Source: Octopus sinensis
Lineage: Eukaryota
DNA: 64,000 nt
Assembly: GCF_006345805.1 (NCBI RefSeq)
Contig: NC_043022.1
Span: 4,402,001-4,466,000, forward strand
Reading direction: 5' to 3'
Part shown: one piece after another, positions 36,544 to 49,605 of the stretch
Position numbering within the stretch: position 1 is the first letter of the stretch
Layout of the letters: each line of letters begins with the position of its first letter
Program-made: the position numbers and the translations under genes
Notes under the pieces: generated by a model
Told to the model about the DNA's origin: nothing
Databases searched by the model: none
The model's input: only the letters and a program-made list of their open reading frames with translations

Positions 36544-37800
36544 GGTGGTAAGCTGGTAGACTCGTTAGTATGCCAGGTGAGATTCTGAGCAGTATTCCGT
36601 CCGTCTTTACATTCTGAGTTCAAATTCCATCAAGGTTGACTTTGCCTGTCATCCTTTTGAGATTGATAAAATAAGTACCAGCTGAACACTGGAGTCAATG
36701 CAATCGACTCACCTGTTACCATTCTGGCAAAATTTAAAACCATTATTATTATTATTATTACTACTACCTCCGCCTCCACTATGGCAGAGGTACAGTGATG
36801 GATTTGAGGATTTTGCTTAATTTGGAGTTAATTTCTTCATTTCATTGGAGTATAAATACCTATAATGGTGATGCTTAGAAAAAAAAAAAAATTATCTGCA
36901 CACAGGATATGTATCATCATCATCGTTTAGCATCCGCTTTCCATGCTAGCATGGGTTGGACGGCTCAACTGGGGTCTGGGAAGCCAGAAGGCTGCACCAG
37001 GCCCAGTCTGATTTGGCAGAGTTTCTACAGCTGGATACCCTTCCTAACGCCAGCCACTCTGTGAGTGTAGTGGGTGCTTTTTACGTGCCACCTGCACAGG
37101 TGCCAGACGAGGCTGGAATACGGCCACGATCGGATGGTGCTTTTTACGTGCCACCAGCACGGGGGCCAGACGAGATGCCCCCTTCTCCATTATTATTGCT
37201 GTTACGGTAACGAGCTGGCAGAACCGTTTGCACACCAAGCAAAATGCTGAGGTCAACTTTTCCTTTCATCCTTTCGGGAGTGAGTCGAAAAAATAAGTAC
37301 CAGTTACATACTGGGGTCGATGTAATCGACTAGCCCACTTACCAAAATTTGCTTTGTGTGCTAACAATTTTCCCAGCTTGCTTCGTTCGCAAGTACCACC
37401 ACCATTAGTTGCTTAATTGTTCCAATGTGCCTACAGTAGAAAGGATTATTATTATTATTATAATTATTATGAGTTCAAATCCTGCGATGGTCAACTTTGC
37501 CTTCATCCCTTCAGGGTGGATAAATTAAGTACCAGTGAAACACCAGGGTCGATGTCATCAACTTTTCCCCTCCACCAAAATTGCTGCCCTTGTGGCAAAA
37601 TTTGAAACCATTATTATTTTTAATTATCATCACCATCATTATTATTACAGTTAGGGTGGTGAAGTGGTAGAAACAGTTTAATCAGACAAAATCATGTTGT
37701 ATTCACTTATGACTGTGTTCTGAGTTCAAATCTATTGAAAGGCGTCATTGCTTTCCATACTTTAGGAAAGGATGATCAATAGAGTTAAACACCAGTGATG
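36277..37800 (+). mobile_element. Cluster of SINE-B-related copies separated by (ATT)n, with a family R element at 36914-37180 (-)
   Basis: GGCGGTGAGCTGGCAGAATC heads at ~36277, ~36541, ~37209; (ATT)n tails. Confidence 0.75.
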
Positions 37801-37876
37801 TAATTTCAGGTGATCAAACCAACCGACTCATTCTTAGTTGTGGTGGAGTCCTGTGTTTTCCAAACACGCAGACATG

Positions 37877-37918
<42 letters not shown>

Positions 37919-37956
37919 CACTGTCAATTCTAGTTTGCACAGACACACACATTTAA

Positions 37957-38462
37957 CCCTTTCGTGACTGTATTTATTTTGAGATGCTCTGTTTTTTCTT
38001 TCAATTACTTTAAATATAACAAAGAATTTAGTAAAATAACTTAGTTATCATTAAGCTATTGTTAGGAACATAAATTGTGACTAAGGTTTGGTGGAAGATT
38101 ATAATTCAGAACTTTTGAAAACAAGACATCTGTACTACAGAGCCAGAAGTGGTTTCAGGCGGGTTGGTATCAAAAGGGGTTAATGACAGAAGTCCAAATA
38201 CTACAGAGCCAGAGGCAGTTTCCAAAGGGTTAATGCCTTAACCCTTTTCTTACCATATTCCTGTTGAGATGCTCTGTGTTTCTTTCAATTACTTTAAATA
38301 TAACAAAGAATTTAGTAAAATAACTTTGTTATCATTAAGCTAATGATAGGAACATAAATCGTGACTAAGGTTTGGTGGAAGATTTTAATTCAGAACTTTT
38401 GAAAACCAGACATTTGTACTGCAGAGCCAGAGGCAGTTTCAGCTGGGTTGGTATCAAAAGGG
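37957..38462 (+). mobile_element. Two tandem TTAA-specific MITEs, family P2 (37957-38179 and 38242-38462), plus a partial right-end duplicate
   Basis: Each is flanked by TTAA with CCCTTT...AAAGGG termini. Confidence 0.88.
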
Positions 38463-38787
38463 TTAACCAAATACACCCTACTCGACTCTTTTGTAAGCCC
38501 AGTACTTATTCTATCGGTCTCTTTTGCCGAACCGCTAAGTAAAAACTGTGCCAAACAGACTTTGTTGATGCTGGAACCACGTAAGAAACACCCAGTATAC
38601 TCTGTAAGTGGTTGGTGTTAGGAAGGGCATCCAGCTTTAAAAAACAGGGCATGCTGAAACAGTGGGGACTGGTGCAGTTGTCTGGCTTGCCAGTTCCTGT
38701 CAAACCACTCCACTCGTGCCAGCATGGAAAACAGACTGTTAAATGATTATGATGATGATGATGATGGTGTGCACATGCCTTCTCTCT

Positions 38788-38820
<33 letters not shown>

Positions 38821-39524
38821 TTAGATCTACTGTCAAAAGCTGGTGTTGTGTCCCCTTTTTTTTTTACATGAAAAGCAGTAACTTAGCAGTTCCATGATGA
38901 AGGATCGATAAAAATAAGCAGTGAACTGGAACAAATATGCAACAAAGGTCGATACGATTGAATGAAAAAAAAAGGCCTTTGAATGCTATGTTTAACACAG
39001 CACGGCTTACAGTAGGACAACATTAACCAAAAAAAAAAAAGCAATTAAAACAATATTATTATTATTATTGTTAGTTGTTGTTGTTGTTATTATTATTGCT
39101 GATCTTGTTATGCCAGAGTTTTGTAAGGAAGAAAGGGCTGCAGGGCTGTTGGTGAATGTCTGAATCACTTAAACAGTGTGATATTGAAATAAAATAAACA
39201 TCTCTACCTATTTTCATTGTTGATCTTTACAAACTACACCCACACGCACGTATACACACGTACACACACACACACACGCACACATATGCGTGTGCACGCA
39301 CACAATGGAGAGCCAGCTTTGCTCCACACAAGCTTTACAAAACGGTTATTTCTACATTCAGCTATCGGTTTATTTAGAAACAGATCGTTACACAGTAAAA
39401 CTCTGTTTGCCTTTGCTGTATTTATATATTTATTTCATAACTTTCTTTCCCTCACCAATATGGAAGAGCTAGAGTTATTATTATCACCATCATCATCATC
39501 ATCATCATATACTTTGTCTACTAA

Positions 39525-39548
39525 GTATATATATACACATTTATATAC

Positions 39549-39579
<31 letters not shown>

Positions 39580-39964
39580 CATACATTACATATATACATA
39601 TATATATACATATATATATATACATACATATATATATATATACATACATATATATATATATACATACATACATATATATATACATACATATATATATATA
39701 CATACATATATATATACATACATATATATATATACATACATACATATATATATATACATACATATATATATATACATACATACATATATATACATACATA
39801 CATACATACATATATATATACATACAATACATACATTATACATACATACCATATATACATACATACATATATTACATACATACATACATATATACATATA
39901 TACATACATATATACATACATACATATATAACATACATACATATATACATACATCATATATACA

Positions 39965-40025
<61 letters not shown>
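39525..40025. repeat. (TA)n/(TACA)n compound microsatellite
   Basis: Seen in sequence. Confidence 0.95.
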
Positions 40026-40029
<4 letters not shown>

Positions 40030-40513
40030 CTTTTCACTGTCTTTTCTATCTCTTTCTTCCCATCTTTTATATAAAATCCCGACAAAATTATTGTCTGTCC
40101 ATGTGATGTCCCCATCATCTATGCCCCTGTGGCTAATAAAAAATCATCATTATTATTAATTATTATCATCATCATCATCACTGCTATTATTCTTATTGTT
40201 TTTAGTCAATAATTCGAGACAGTTTGAAAGGGTGGAAATCATAAAAATAAATCAACATTTTTCTGGCATGCTACTGTTTCTTTTTAAGGCTGTAAAAATC
40301 CAACATGGTTTATTGTTGTCTCCAAAATGTATTTATTAGTTTTACCATTTTTAGCATTATTACTACTGACATATTTTATTATTACTAGTAGTAGTAGTAG
40401 TAGTATCGTATTATCATCATTGTTACTATTACTATCACTATGATATTACTGCTATTGTTGGTATCATCATCATTATTATTATTATTACTACTACTACTAC
40501 TACTACTACTTCC

Positions 40514-40746
40514 TATTTCTTTACTACCCACAAGGGGCTAAACACAGAGGAGACACACAAGGACAGACAAAGAGGTTAAGTCGATTATATCGACCCCAGT
40601 GTGTAAATGGTACCTAATTTATCGACCCCGAAAGGATGAAAGGCAAAGTCGACCTCGGCGGAATTTGAACTCTGAACGTAGCAGCAGACGAAATACCGCT
40701 AAGAATTTCGTCCGGCCTGCTAACGATTCTGCCAGCTCGCCGCCTT
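40514..40746 (-). mobile_element. SINE family B, full length
   Basis: Reverse complement of the family B head, domain and tail. Confidence 0.9.
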
Positions 40747-40756
40747 TACTACTACT

Positions 40757-41123
40757 ACTTCCACCTTAGTGAAGGCAGAGGTATTGTTTTCAGTTGTGTT
40801 TGTTTGTTTGTCCATGGAAAAAGATATCTCAAGAACCACCAGATGTATTCGGATGAAACTTTCAGGGATGTCTGACCTCATGACTGGCACACACTGATTA
40901 GATTTTGGGATCGATCCTGTACCGGACAAGGAATCTGGATTACTTATCCTGTTTTTTTTCACTTAATTTCTGAGAGCAGTCAGGTTCATTTTTAGTATTC
41001 TCGTTTGTGAGAGCAGTTGGGTTTATTTCAGATATTCTCATTTCAAAAATCATCTCTGACTAATCATTGAGAGGACGTTGATGTTGCCTTGGCGGAGGTT
41101 TGCGCTCTTTGAGTGCTCTTCTT
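40757..41123 (+). mobile_element. Helentron-type (Helitron2) non-autonomous element
   Basis: 5' hairpin CCACCTTAGTGAAGGCAGAGG, (TGTT)n, GATGAAACTTT body, 3' CCTTGGCGGAGG sub-terminal repeat plus GCGCTCTTTGAGTGC hairpin. The layout matches recalled HINE-like elements. Confidence 0.65.
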
Positions 41124-41764
41124 ATCATTACCATCATCGTTAATTCAGTAAAAGCTGAATCACCATTTTACCGTTTCTCATTTCTAATGCCAGACAAAGG
41201 ATTCTTTGGTTTAGTTTATCTAAGCAGATTATCGCGATGAAGAGTCTCTCTCTTTCTCTCTCCCCCTCTCTCTCTGAGAAAAATCCAGGAAGATAGTCAG
41301 ATGAATTTCTTCAAACAGGAAGCATTTATCTTTGGTTCAAGCAGTTTCAATCCACGTAAGCTTGCTTTAACTAAAGAAACAATAATCAGATAATATTGTT
41401 TGTTCTATGGAACAGACCTTTGCAAATTGATGGATATCATGGAAGATCTAATATAAAGAAAAAGTCAACCATTTTGAGGGGGGGCCTGGCAAGGGGTGCT
41501 ATCTCCGCATTCAGACAACCCAACTGTTGTTTATTGTTGTTGTTGTTGGTGGTGGTGTTAGAAAATGGCGTTGATATACAGTGAGAAGATGCCTTCTTGA
41601 AAGCCAGCATATTCCACTGGTTCAAGTCCTCCTAGATTTCTCTTGCCTTTTTTTTCTTTTTCTTTTTACCTTTTGTTTGTTTGCTTTTTGATGTACCATT
41701 TATCATCAGGGTGAAGTAGTGTCAACCTGATCGAAAACTCATTTACGGGTGGCCAATATGGCTG

Positions 41765-42040
41765 ACTCAGAAGCAGCAGGAGAGGAAGGAGGAGGACGGA
41801 AAAAGAAGAGGAGGAGGAGGATGGAGGAGGAGAAGAAAAAAGAAGAAAGAGGAGCAGAAGCAAGGAGAAAGAAGGTGAAGAAGAAAGAAAAGAAGAGAAA
41901 AAGAGGAAGCAGAAAAAGGAAGAGGAGAAGAGGAGAGAAAAAGAGGGTAAGGGAGAAGAGTGTAACAAAGAAGCAGCAGCAGCAGCAGTAGCAGTAGTAG
42001 TAGTAGTAGTAGTAGTAGTAGCAGCAGCAGCAGCAGTAGC

Positions 42041-42072
<32 letters not shown>

Positions 42073-42075
42073 CTG
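41765..42075 (+). repeat. Purine-rich (GAA/GGA) tract followed by (GCA/GTA)n
   Basis: Seen in sequence. Confidence 0.9.
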
Positions 42076-42689
42076 CACAGAACAGCAATCAATTGTGGCT
42101 TCCGCAACCAACCTTATTGCAAGATCTCATGTTAAAGTGAAACACTCCTCACACAGTTTCTGCTCTATCAAACTCGATTAACCCCCAAAGAACTCCATGC
42201 ATCTCTGGAAGACCTTCTTAAGCTGCCCCCACTCAAATGAGAGTGTGACTCACACAGTCCCAACATCCAACAGGATGTAACATTGTGTTTCTGATTCGTT
42301 CCTCAGTCAAATGTTTATTCGACAACACAACATCCTGTATCTCGAGTGTAGTTGGATTGTCTTTTTTTTTTTGTTTTTCCTTTTGTACAACAACTTCAAG
42401 CTCACAAATATGCAACAGGACACAACATGCAATCAGGCCTGGCCATCAGATGTTGTCATACATCGCTGGTCACAATGCGCTTTGCATCGTTTTTAGCTTA
42501 GAACCGACACCACCCTGCCGGCGAGGCAAACAAGCCGACATTCTCCCCCCCCCCCCGATCGGTAGGCAATTCCATCACAGGGCGACCTATTTACAGCTGA
42601 GTGGACTGGAACATCTTTGATCACAAGAGCTGCTTTCTCAAGTTCAGGTTAGTTTGGCACTGAATGACAGCCAACAAATCACAGCAACA

Positions 42690-43612
42690 TGAAACAACTG
42701 TTCTTAAGGTACAAGGCCAGCAATTCCAGGAGGATTGTGGTTAGCGGATTACACCCCCCACCCACCCCCCAGCTAGTGTTCAACTGGTACTTAATTTCAT
42801 CAAACCCAAAAGGATGAAGGCCAAAGTCAACCTTGGTGGAATTTGAACTCAGAACACAGAGAAGAATGAAATGCCACAAAGCATTTTGTCCAGCAATGCC
42901 AAAGATTCTGCCAGCTTGCAGTAGTAATAATAATAATGGCTTTCAAATTCTGGAACAAGGCTAGCTATTACGAGCGGACGGGGTAAGTTGATTAAATCAA
43001 CCCTAGTGTTCAAATGGAACTTTATTTTATGAAAGGCAACGTAGAACCTGGTCGCACTTGAACTCAGAACATAACAACCAGACGAAATGTTGCTGGGCAT
43101 TTTGTCTGGTGTGCTAATAACGATTCTGCCAGCTCACCACCTTAAACAAGAGTAATAATAATAACAACAACAACAACAACAATCCTTTCTACTGTGGGGA
43201 GGCACAAGGGCTGAAATTTGGGGGAAGGGAATAAGTTGATTATTGACTCCAGTACTCAAACTGGTACTGAATTTACCGACCCCGAAAGAACAAAAGGCAA
43301 AGTTGACCTCGACAGAATTTGAACTCAGAACATCAAGACAGACGAAATGTTGCTAAGCATTACGTCCAGCATGCGATAATTCTGCCAGCTCACCGCCCTA
43401 ATAATGATCCTTTGTACTAAAGGCACAAGGCCTGAAATTTGGGGAGAGGGGACTAATCGATTACATTGAACCCCAGTCTCACTGGTACTTAATTTATTGT
43501 TTCTGAAAGGAAAAGTCAACCTCGACGGAATTTGAACACAGAACATCAAGACAGACTAAGTACCACTAAGCATTATGCCCAGAGCACTAACGATTCTGTC
43601 ACGCTCACCGCA
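42690..43612 (-). mobile_element. Head-to-tail array of four SINE-B-related copies separated by (AAT)/(AAC)n
   Basis: Four recurrences of GAACTCAGAAC/GAACACAGAAC...GACGAAATG...TTCTGCCAGCT. Confidence 0.8.
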
Positions 43613-44334
43613 ACAAACAACAAACAACAAACAACAACAACAACAATAACTTGTTTCATTTGCCACTAAAGCAACGAATAAGTGGTAACAGATAAGACAG
43701 ACAAACAGTACGGATTTAATTGAAAAATCAAATAGGCGGGTGGTAATTAAATCCCCCCATAAAACAAAAACTAACGAGGAAGTAAATTTAATTGGACAAT
43801 ATTTACAAAATAAATAAAGGTGTAGTAGAGTGAAATTCACGGTAAGTGGTTCTCTAACGCAGCTTCAATTCCAGCTCAGCTAACGATATTGTCACCTGAG
43901 CTATGACATAAACACACCTACCTACATATAAACATGTCACTTCGCTTGTGTGTCATAAACCCACCTATATATATATATATATATATGTGTGTTAGTCACC
44001 TCGTTTATGTGAACACACCTACCTACATAAAAGCATATGTTAAAGGTGAACATGCACAAGGTTGAGGTGAAGAACTTGTTTCAATCATTCCACAGAGCAG
44101 GTGGGTGACCGGTCAAAGTGAACTTCTAAGAGAAAGCAGACACAAACATATATATACAAACCTAAACACACACATGTATACATACATATACAGAAAGATA
44201 TATATATACTTTATTATTAAAGCTGCAAAAACATCACAAAAATATCACAAATGTGGGACTCTGCCTCCAGTAGTCAAGTACTTTTTTTCCCCACCTTGTT
44301 TCACATTTATGTGCTTACTATATATATATATATA

Positions 44335-44759
44335 GGCACAGGAGTGGCTGTGTGGTAAGTAGCTTGTTTACCAACCACATGGTTCCGGGTTCAATCCCAC
44401 TGCGTGGCATCTTGGGCAAGTGTCTTCTACTATAGCCTCGGGCCGACCAAGGCCTTGTGAGTGGATTTGGTAGACGGAAACTGAAAGAAGACCGTCATGT
44501 ATATGTATATATATATATATATGCATGTGTGTGTCTGTGTTTGTCCCCCTAGCATTGCTTGACAACCAATGCTAGTGTGTTTATGTCCCCGTCACTTAGC
44601 GGTTCGGCAAAAGAGACCGATAGAATAAGTACTGGGCTTACAAAAGAATAAGTCCCGGGGTCGAGTTGCTCGATTAAAGGCAGTGCTCCAGCATGACCGC
44701 AGTCAAATGACTGAAACAAGTAAAAGAGAAAGAGATACATATATACATGTGTGTGTGTG

Positions 44760-44814
<55 letters not shown>

Positions 44815-45420
44815 ATGTGTGTGTGTATAGGCACGTGTGGCTGTGTGCTAAGAAGTTTGCTTCCCACCTACATGGTTCCAGGTTCAGTCTCACTGCATGG
44901 CACCTTGGGCAAGTATCTTCTACTATGGCCTCAGGCAACCAAAACCTTTTGAGTGAATTTGGGAGATGGAAACTGAATGAAGCCCGGTGGGTTTTTGTGT
45001 GTGTGTGTGTGTGTGTGCATGCACCTTTATTTCTGTTTGTCTTCTATAACCACTGACAACTGATGTTGGTGTGTTTATGTCCCTGTAACTTAGCAATTCA
45101 TCAAAAGAGACCAATAGAATAAGGAACAGGCTTAAAACAAAAATAAGTCAATTGGGACTATTGAAATTCAAGGTGGTGCCCCAGGATGGCTGCAATCTAA
45201 TGACTGAAGCAAGATAAAATACACACACACACACCACATGGTTCTGGGTTCAGTCCCACTGCTTGGCACCTTAGGCAAGTGTCTTCTACTATAGCCCCGG
45301 GTTGACCAGTGGCTTGGTGAATAGGTTTGGTAGACACCCATCATATGTATTTAAGTGTGTCCGTCCTCCACCGCCACTAACCTGTGTTGGTGTGTTTACA
45401 TCCACATAACTTAGAGAAGC
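44335..45420 (+). mobile_element. Chain of SINE family A copies (44335-44732 full, 44829-45220 diverged, 45236-45420 partial)
   Basis: Repeated heads, each following (TA)/(TG)/(CA) runs. Confidence 0.85.
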
Positions 45421-45779
45421 TCACAGGATGAACCCTGAAACCCCCATGGCTGGTAAGCATGCTAAACTATAGAGATATAGCTACATCTAAAATATTACAC
45501 ACACGTTGAGATTAGAAGTAATTATGCCATCCCTATCTAAAAGGTGTAACGAGGCAAATGAAGTCACCACTAAAATTAGGCAGAGTGGAGGGAGGCCGGG
45601 GTATGAAAGGGGAGGGGTAGGAAATACAAATTAAAATTTTATCGTTTAACATTTCCTGCAGTGTAATTTTTAATTAAAAATTACTCTGAGCAAACTCAAA
45701 TATTCTAGTGAGTTTACATCAATGTCTAACGATGTGTGTGTGTGTGTTGTGTGTGTGTGTGTTTGCTTCTTTCTCTGTC

Positions 45780-46211
45780 TGCAAGCATGTACGAGTGGCT
45801 CCTCTCATCGTATTGTCATAGTTGTAAAGGAGTGTGTGTGTGTGAGAGAGAGTGTGAATGTGAGAAAGAGTGTGCGAGAGAGAGGGAGAGAGTGCAAGAG
45901 AGAGGGAGAGTGAGAGAGTGCAAGAGAGAGTGTGTGTGCGAGAGAGTGTGTATAAGTGTGTGTGTGTGTGAGAAAGAGTGTGAATGTGAGAAAGTGTGAG
46001 AGAGAGAGAGAGTGCGAGAGAGAGGGAGAGAGTGCGAGAGAGAGTGTGTGTGTGCGAGAGAGTGTGTATAAGTGTGTATGAGACAGAGTGTGTGCATGTG
46101 TGAGACAGAGTGTGTGCATGTGTGAGAGTGTGTGTGCGTGTGTGAGAGAAAGTGTGTGTGCGTGTGTGAGAGAAAGTGTGTACTTTTGCTGTCCACGAGC
46201 ATGTATAGAGT

Positions 46212-46249
<38 letters not shown>

Positions 46250-47050
46250 GTATTCTCATAGCTATTAGGGAAAGTGAAATGTGTGTGTATGTGTGTGCGT
46301 ACATACATACATGTGTATGTGTGTGTGTCTGTGTTTTCTGTGAGCAAGTGTATTTGAGTGGCTCTCCTAACCTTCTCATAGTTGTTAGTGAAATTGTGTG
46401 TGTGTGTGAGAGAGAGAGATAAAAGCAGAGAAGCTATGGATTGTTAAACAGTGAAAGATGTGTTGGTGGGGAAGGTGATGGAAGAGGAAAGAGAGAGCAA
46501 GAGAGAATGGGAGAGAGAGAGAGAAAGAGAGCAAGAAGTAGACAGAAAGCAAGGAAAAGGAAACAAATTCTTTGACTGCAATAGTGTTTCAGATATGTGT
46601 CTGCATGTGTGTGTGTGTGTGTGTGTGTGTCTTTGTTCATGTGTGTGTGTGCGTGTGTGTGTGTCTGTTCATGTGTGTGTGTGCGTGTGTGTGTGTCTTT
46701 GTTCATGTGTGTGTGTGTGCGTGTGTGTGTGTGCGTGTGTGTGTGTGTGTGTGTGTCTTTGTTTATGTGTGTGTGTGTGTCTTGTTTATGTGCGTGTGTG
46801 TGTGTGTGTGTCTGTGTGTCTTTGTTTATGTGTGTGTGTGTGTGTCTTTGTTTATGTGTGTGTGTGCGTGTGTGTGTGTGCGTGTGTCTTTGTTCATGTG
46901 TGTGTGTGCGTGTGTGTCTTTGTTTATGTGTGTGTGTGCGTGTGTGTGTGTGTGTGGTGTGTGTGTGTGTGTGTCTTTGTTTGTGTGTGTGTCTTTGTTT
47001 GTGTGCGTGTGTGTGTGTGTCTTTGTTCATGTGTGTGTGGATACATGTGT
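45780..47050. repeat. (GA/GT) and (TG)nTCTTTGTT(C/T)A compound minisatellites
   Basis: Seen in sequence. Confidence 0.9.
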
Positions 47051-47281
47051 GTATTTGTGCTTTGTTAGCCATGTTGTGTAGCAATTGACAAAAAAAGTGA
47101 TAAGAGAGAGACTCACACACCGAGTGAGAGTGAGTGAGAATGAGTGTGAGTGAGAGAGAGTGAGTCAGAGAGAGTATGAGAGAGAGAGAGAGAGAGAGAG
47201 CAAGAGAAAGACAGACATAGAGAGAGTGACAATAAGATGGGAAAGAGATGTGATAACTGTTACTCCATAAAACCTCTAGTC

Positions 47282-47328
<47 letters not shown>

Positions 47329-47897
47329 GCACGCGCGCGCACACGGATCTAGAAGACATACTAATTAGCAAAGCTGAGAGATTCGCTAATTGCTGGCTTC
47401 AAACATCTGACTGCTTGAAATTGATTCCACAACCTCAAGTGACCAATGAATGCTAATGGACAAAGTTAGCAACAACAGCTCCACCGGTTGCAACAACAGC
47501 AAAAAAACTACCTCTACCACCCACATGCAAACATGGCCCATGGGGCCAAAAACCTGATTTCCTAACCGTCCGGTCCTCGGTTCAATTCTCCTGCACTGCA
47601 TAACACTTTGGCCAAGGTGTCTTCTATCACAGTTTCAAACCCAGTTGTGTCCACATATTCTTTTATTGGTTTCAGTCATTTGAAAGTGGCCATGCTGAAC
47701 ACCGCCTTTAGTCGAACAAATCGACCCCTGGACTTACTCTTTGTAAGCAGAGTTCTTATCCTATCGGTCTCTTTTACGTGCATGTGTATGGGTATGTATA
47801 TGTGTGTATGAGGTTGTCAGATGAGTGTGTGCAAGAGCGTGAGTGTGTGTGTGAAACTATTATGTGCATCTGTATTGTGTGTTTAGTATGTGTATGA

Positions 47898-48280
47898 GGA
47901 GGCGCAATGGCCCAGTGGTTAGGGCAGCGGACTCGCGGTCATAGGATCGTGGTTTCGATTCCCAGACCGGGCGTTGTGAGTGTTTATTGAGCGAAAACAC
48001 CTAAAAGCTTCACGAGGCTCCGGCAGGGGATGGTGGTGATCCCTGCTGTACTCTTTCGCCACAACTTTCTCTCACTCTTACTTCCTGTTTCTGTTGTACC
48101 TGTATTTCAAAGGGCCGGCCTTGTCACTCTCTGTGTCACGCTGAATATCCCCGAGAACTACGTTAAGGGTACACGTGTCTGTGGAGTGCTCAGCCACTTA
48201 CATGTTAATTTCACGAGCAGGCTGTTCCGTTGATTCGGATCAACCGGAACCCTTGTCGTCATAACCGATGGAGTGCTTCC
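47898..48280 (+). mobile_element. tRNA-derived SINE family C (tail type 1), full length
   Basis: tRNA-like head TGGCCCAGTGGTTAGGGCAGCGGACTCGCGGTCATAGGATCGTGGTTTCGATTCCC; the tail is homologous to 34984-35070. Confidence 0.85.
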
Positions 48281-48311
48281 TAATGTGTATGAGTACATGT
48301 TTGTGTATGTG

Positions 48312-48522
48312 TATGGCGCTGGGAAGTTCCTAGCTTTGAGTAAAAGAAAATACAGGAGAATCAGTTATGATTTTAGTCAACATATTCCCCTCTCAGAGTC
48401 ACACACTTATTGCAGCAGTCCTCCAGGTTTTCTAAGCCCTGTAGAAGAACTCGAAAGGTTGGGCCTCCAACCAAACCCTTTGCAATACTCTTAAAGTTAG
48501 GAACTTTTCAGCAGCCCCTCAT
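48312..48522 (-). mobile_element. Mariner-derived MITE (same family as 34098-34304)
   Basis: Minus frame GLENLEDCCNKCVTLRGEYVD*; degenerate TIRs. Confidence 0.8.
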
Positions 48523-49201
48523 GTATATATATATATATATATATTTGCAGGAGTGGCTGTGTGGTAAGAAGCTTGCTTCCCAACCACATGGTTCCAGGTG
48601 CGGAAGTAATAGCTTGTCCTATACTTTTCCAGGTGCGGAAGTAATAACTTGTCCTGTACTTTTCTAGGTTTATAATCTTAAGACTATTACTTTTCATGCT
48701 CGCATTTTTCCATGTAATGGATGGATGGATAGACAGGTGGGTAGGTAGGTAGAGAGATATATAAGTAGATAGTTACATACGTAAGTAGATGTATATATAT
48801 AATATATATATATAGGTAGATAGATGGAGATAGGCAGATGTATAGGTAAGTAGAAAGATAGATACATACATAGAGATATACATAGATATATGCATACACA
48901 CATATATAAATGTGTGTGTGTGTGTGGTACACAAGTGAAGAAAAAAAAACAATGCCCGGATAAAAAAATTGGTATCATTCCTCAGATTTTTTTATGGCCA
49001 TTCCAGTGATACAGTTTCTTTTCATCCTTCTTCCATCAAGCCCCAACATACCAAACTCCCTCCCACACCATCTCCGCTTCCACCACCAACCAGTACCAAA
49101 TTCTTCACTGAAAGCTGTTTAGCACTCTCTGAGAGAGAGAGAGAAGAAAAGTATATTTGATGGTAATATCATTATATCTTACTCCCTGTCTCTCATACAA
49201 C

Positions 49202-49236
<35 letters not shown>

Positions 49237-49605
49237 CACATGCATGTTTAGTTAGGTATGGTTGTATGGTAAGAAGCTTGCTTCCCAACCACATGGTTCC
49301 AGGTTCAGTCCCATTGCATGACACCTTGAGCAAAGTGCCTTCTATAGCTCTAGGCTGACCAGACCCCTTGAATCAGTTTGGTAGACAGAATCTGAAAGGA
49401 GCCAGTTATCTATGTATGTGTCTGTCTGCACCACCTCTCAACAACCTGTTGGTTTGTTTATAGCCTGATAACCTAGCAGCTTGACAAAAGGGAATGATAG
49501 AAAAAGTACCATTCTTTGAAGCCAAAGTACTACAGTTGATTGATTTGACTAAAACCATTCAATTTGGTGCCCCAGCATGGCAGCGGTCCAATGACTTCAA
49601 CAACT

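Noticed and set aside
41749-41991. 80-aa Lys/Arg/Glu-rich ORF resembling a nuclear protein
   Set aside because: It lies in a polypurine tract that cannot contain stops; no splice or homology support.
47898-47965. tRNA gene
   Set aside because: The tRNA-like head runs directly into a SINE body with a homolog elsewhere in the window; there is no proper acceptor stem or T-run terminator.
48593-48668. 34-bp direct duplication after a truncated SINE head
   Set aside because: An ordinary slippage duplication with no further structure.
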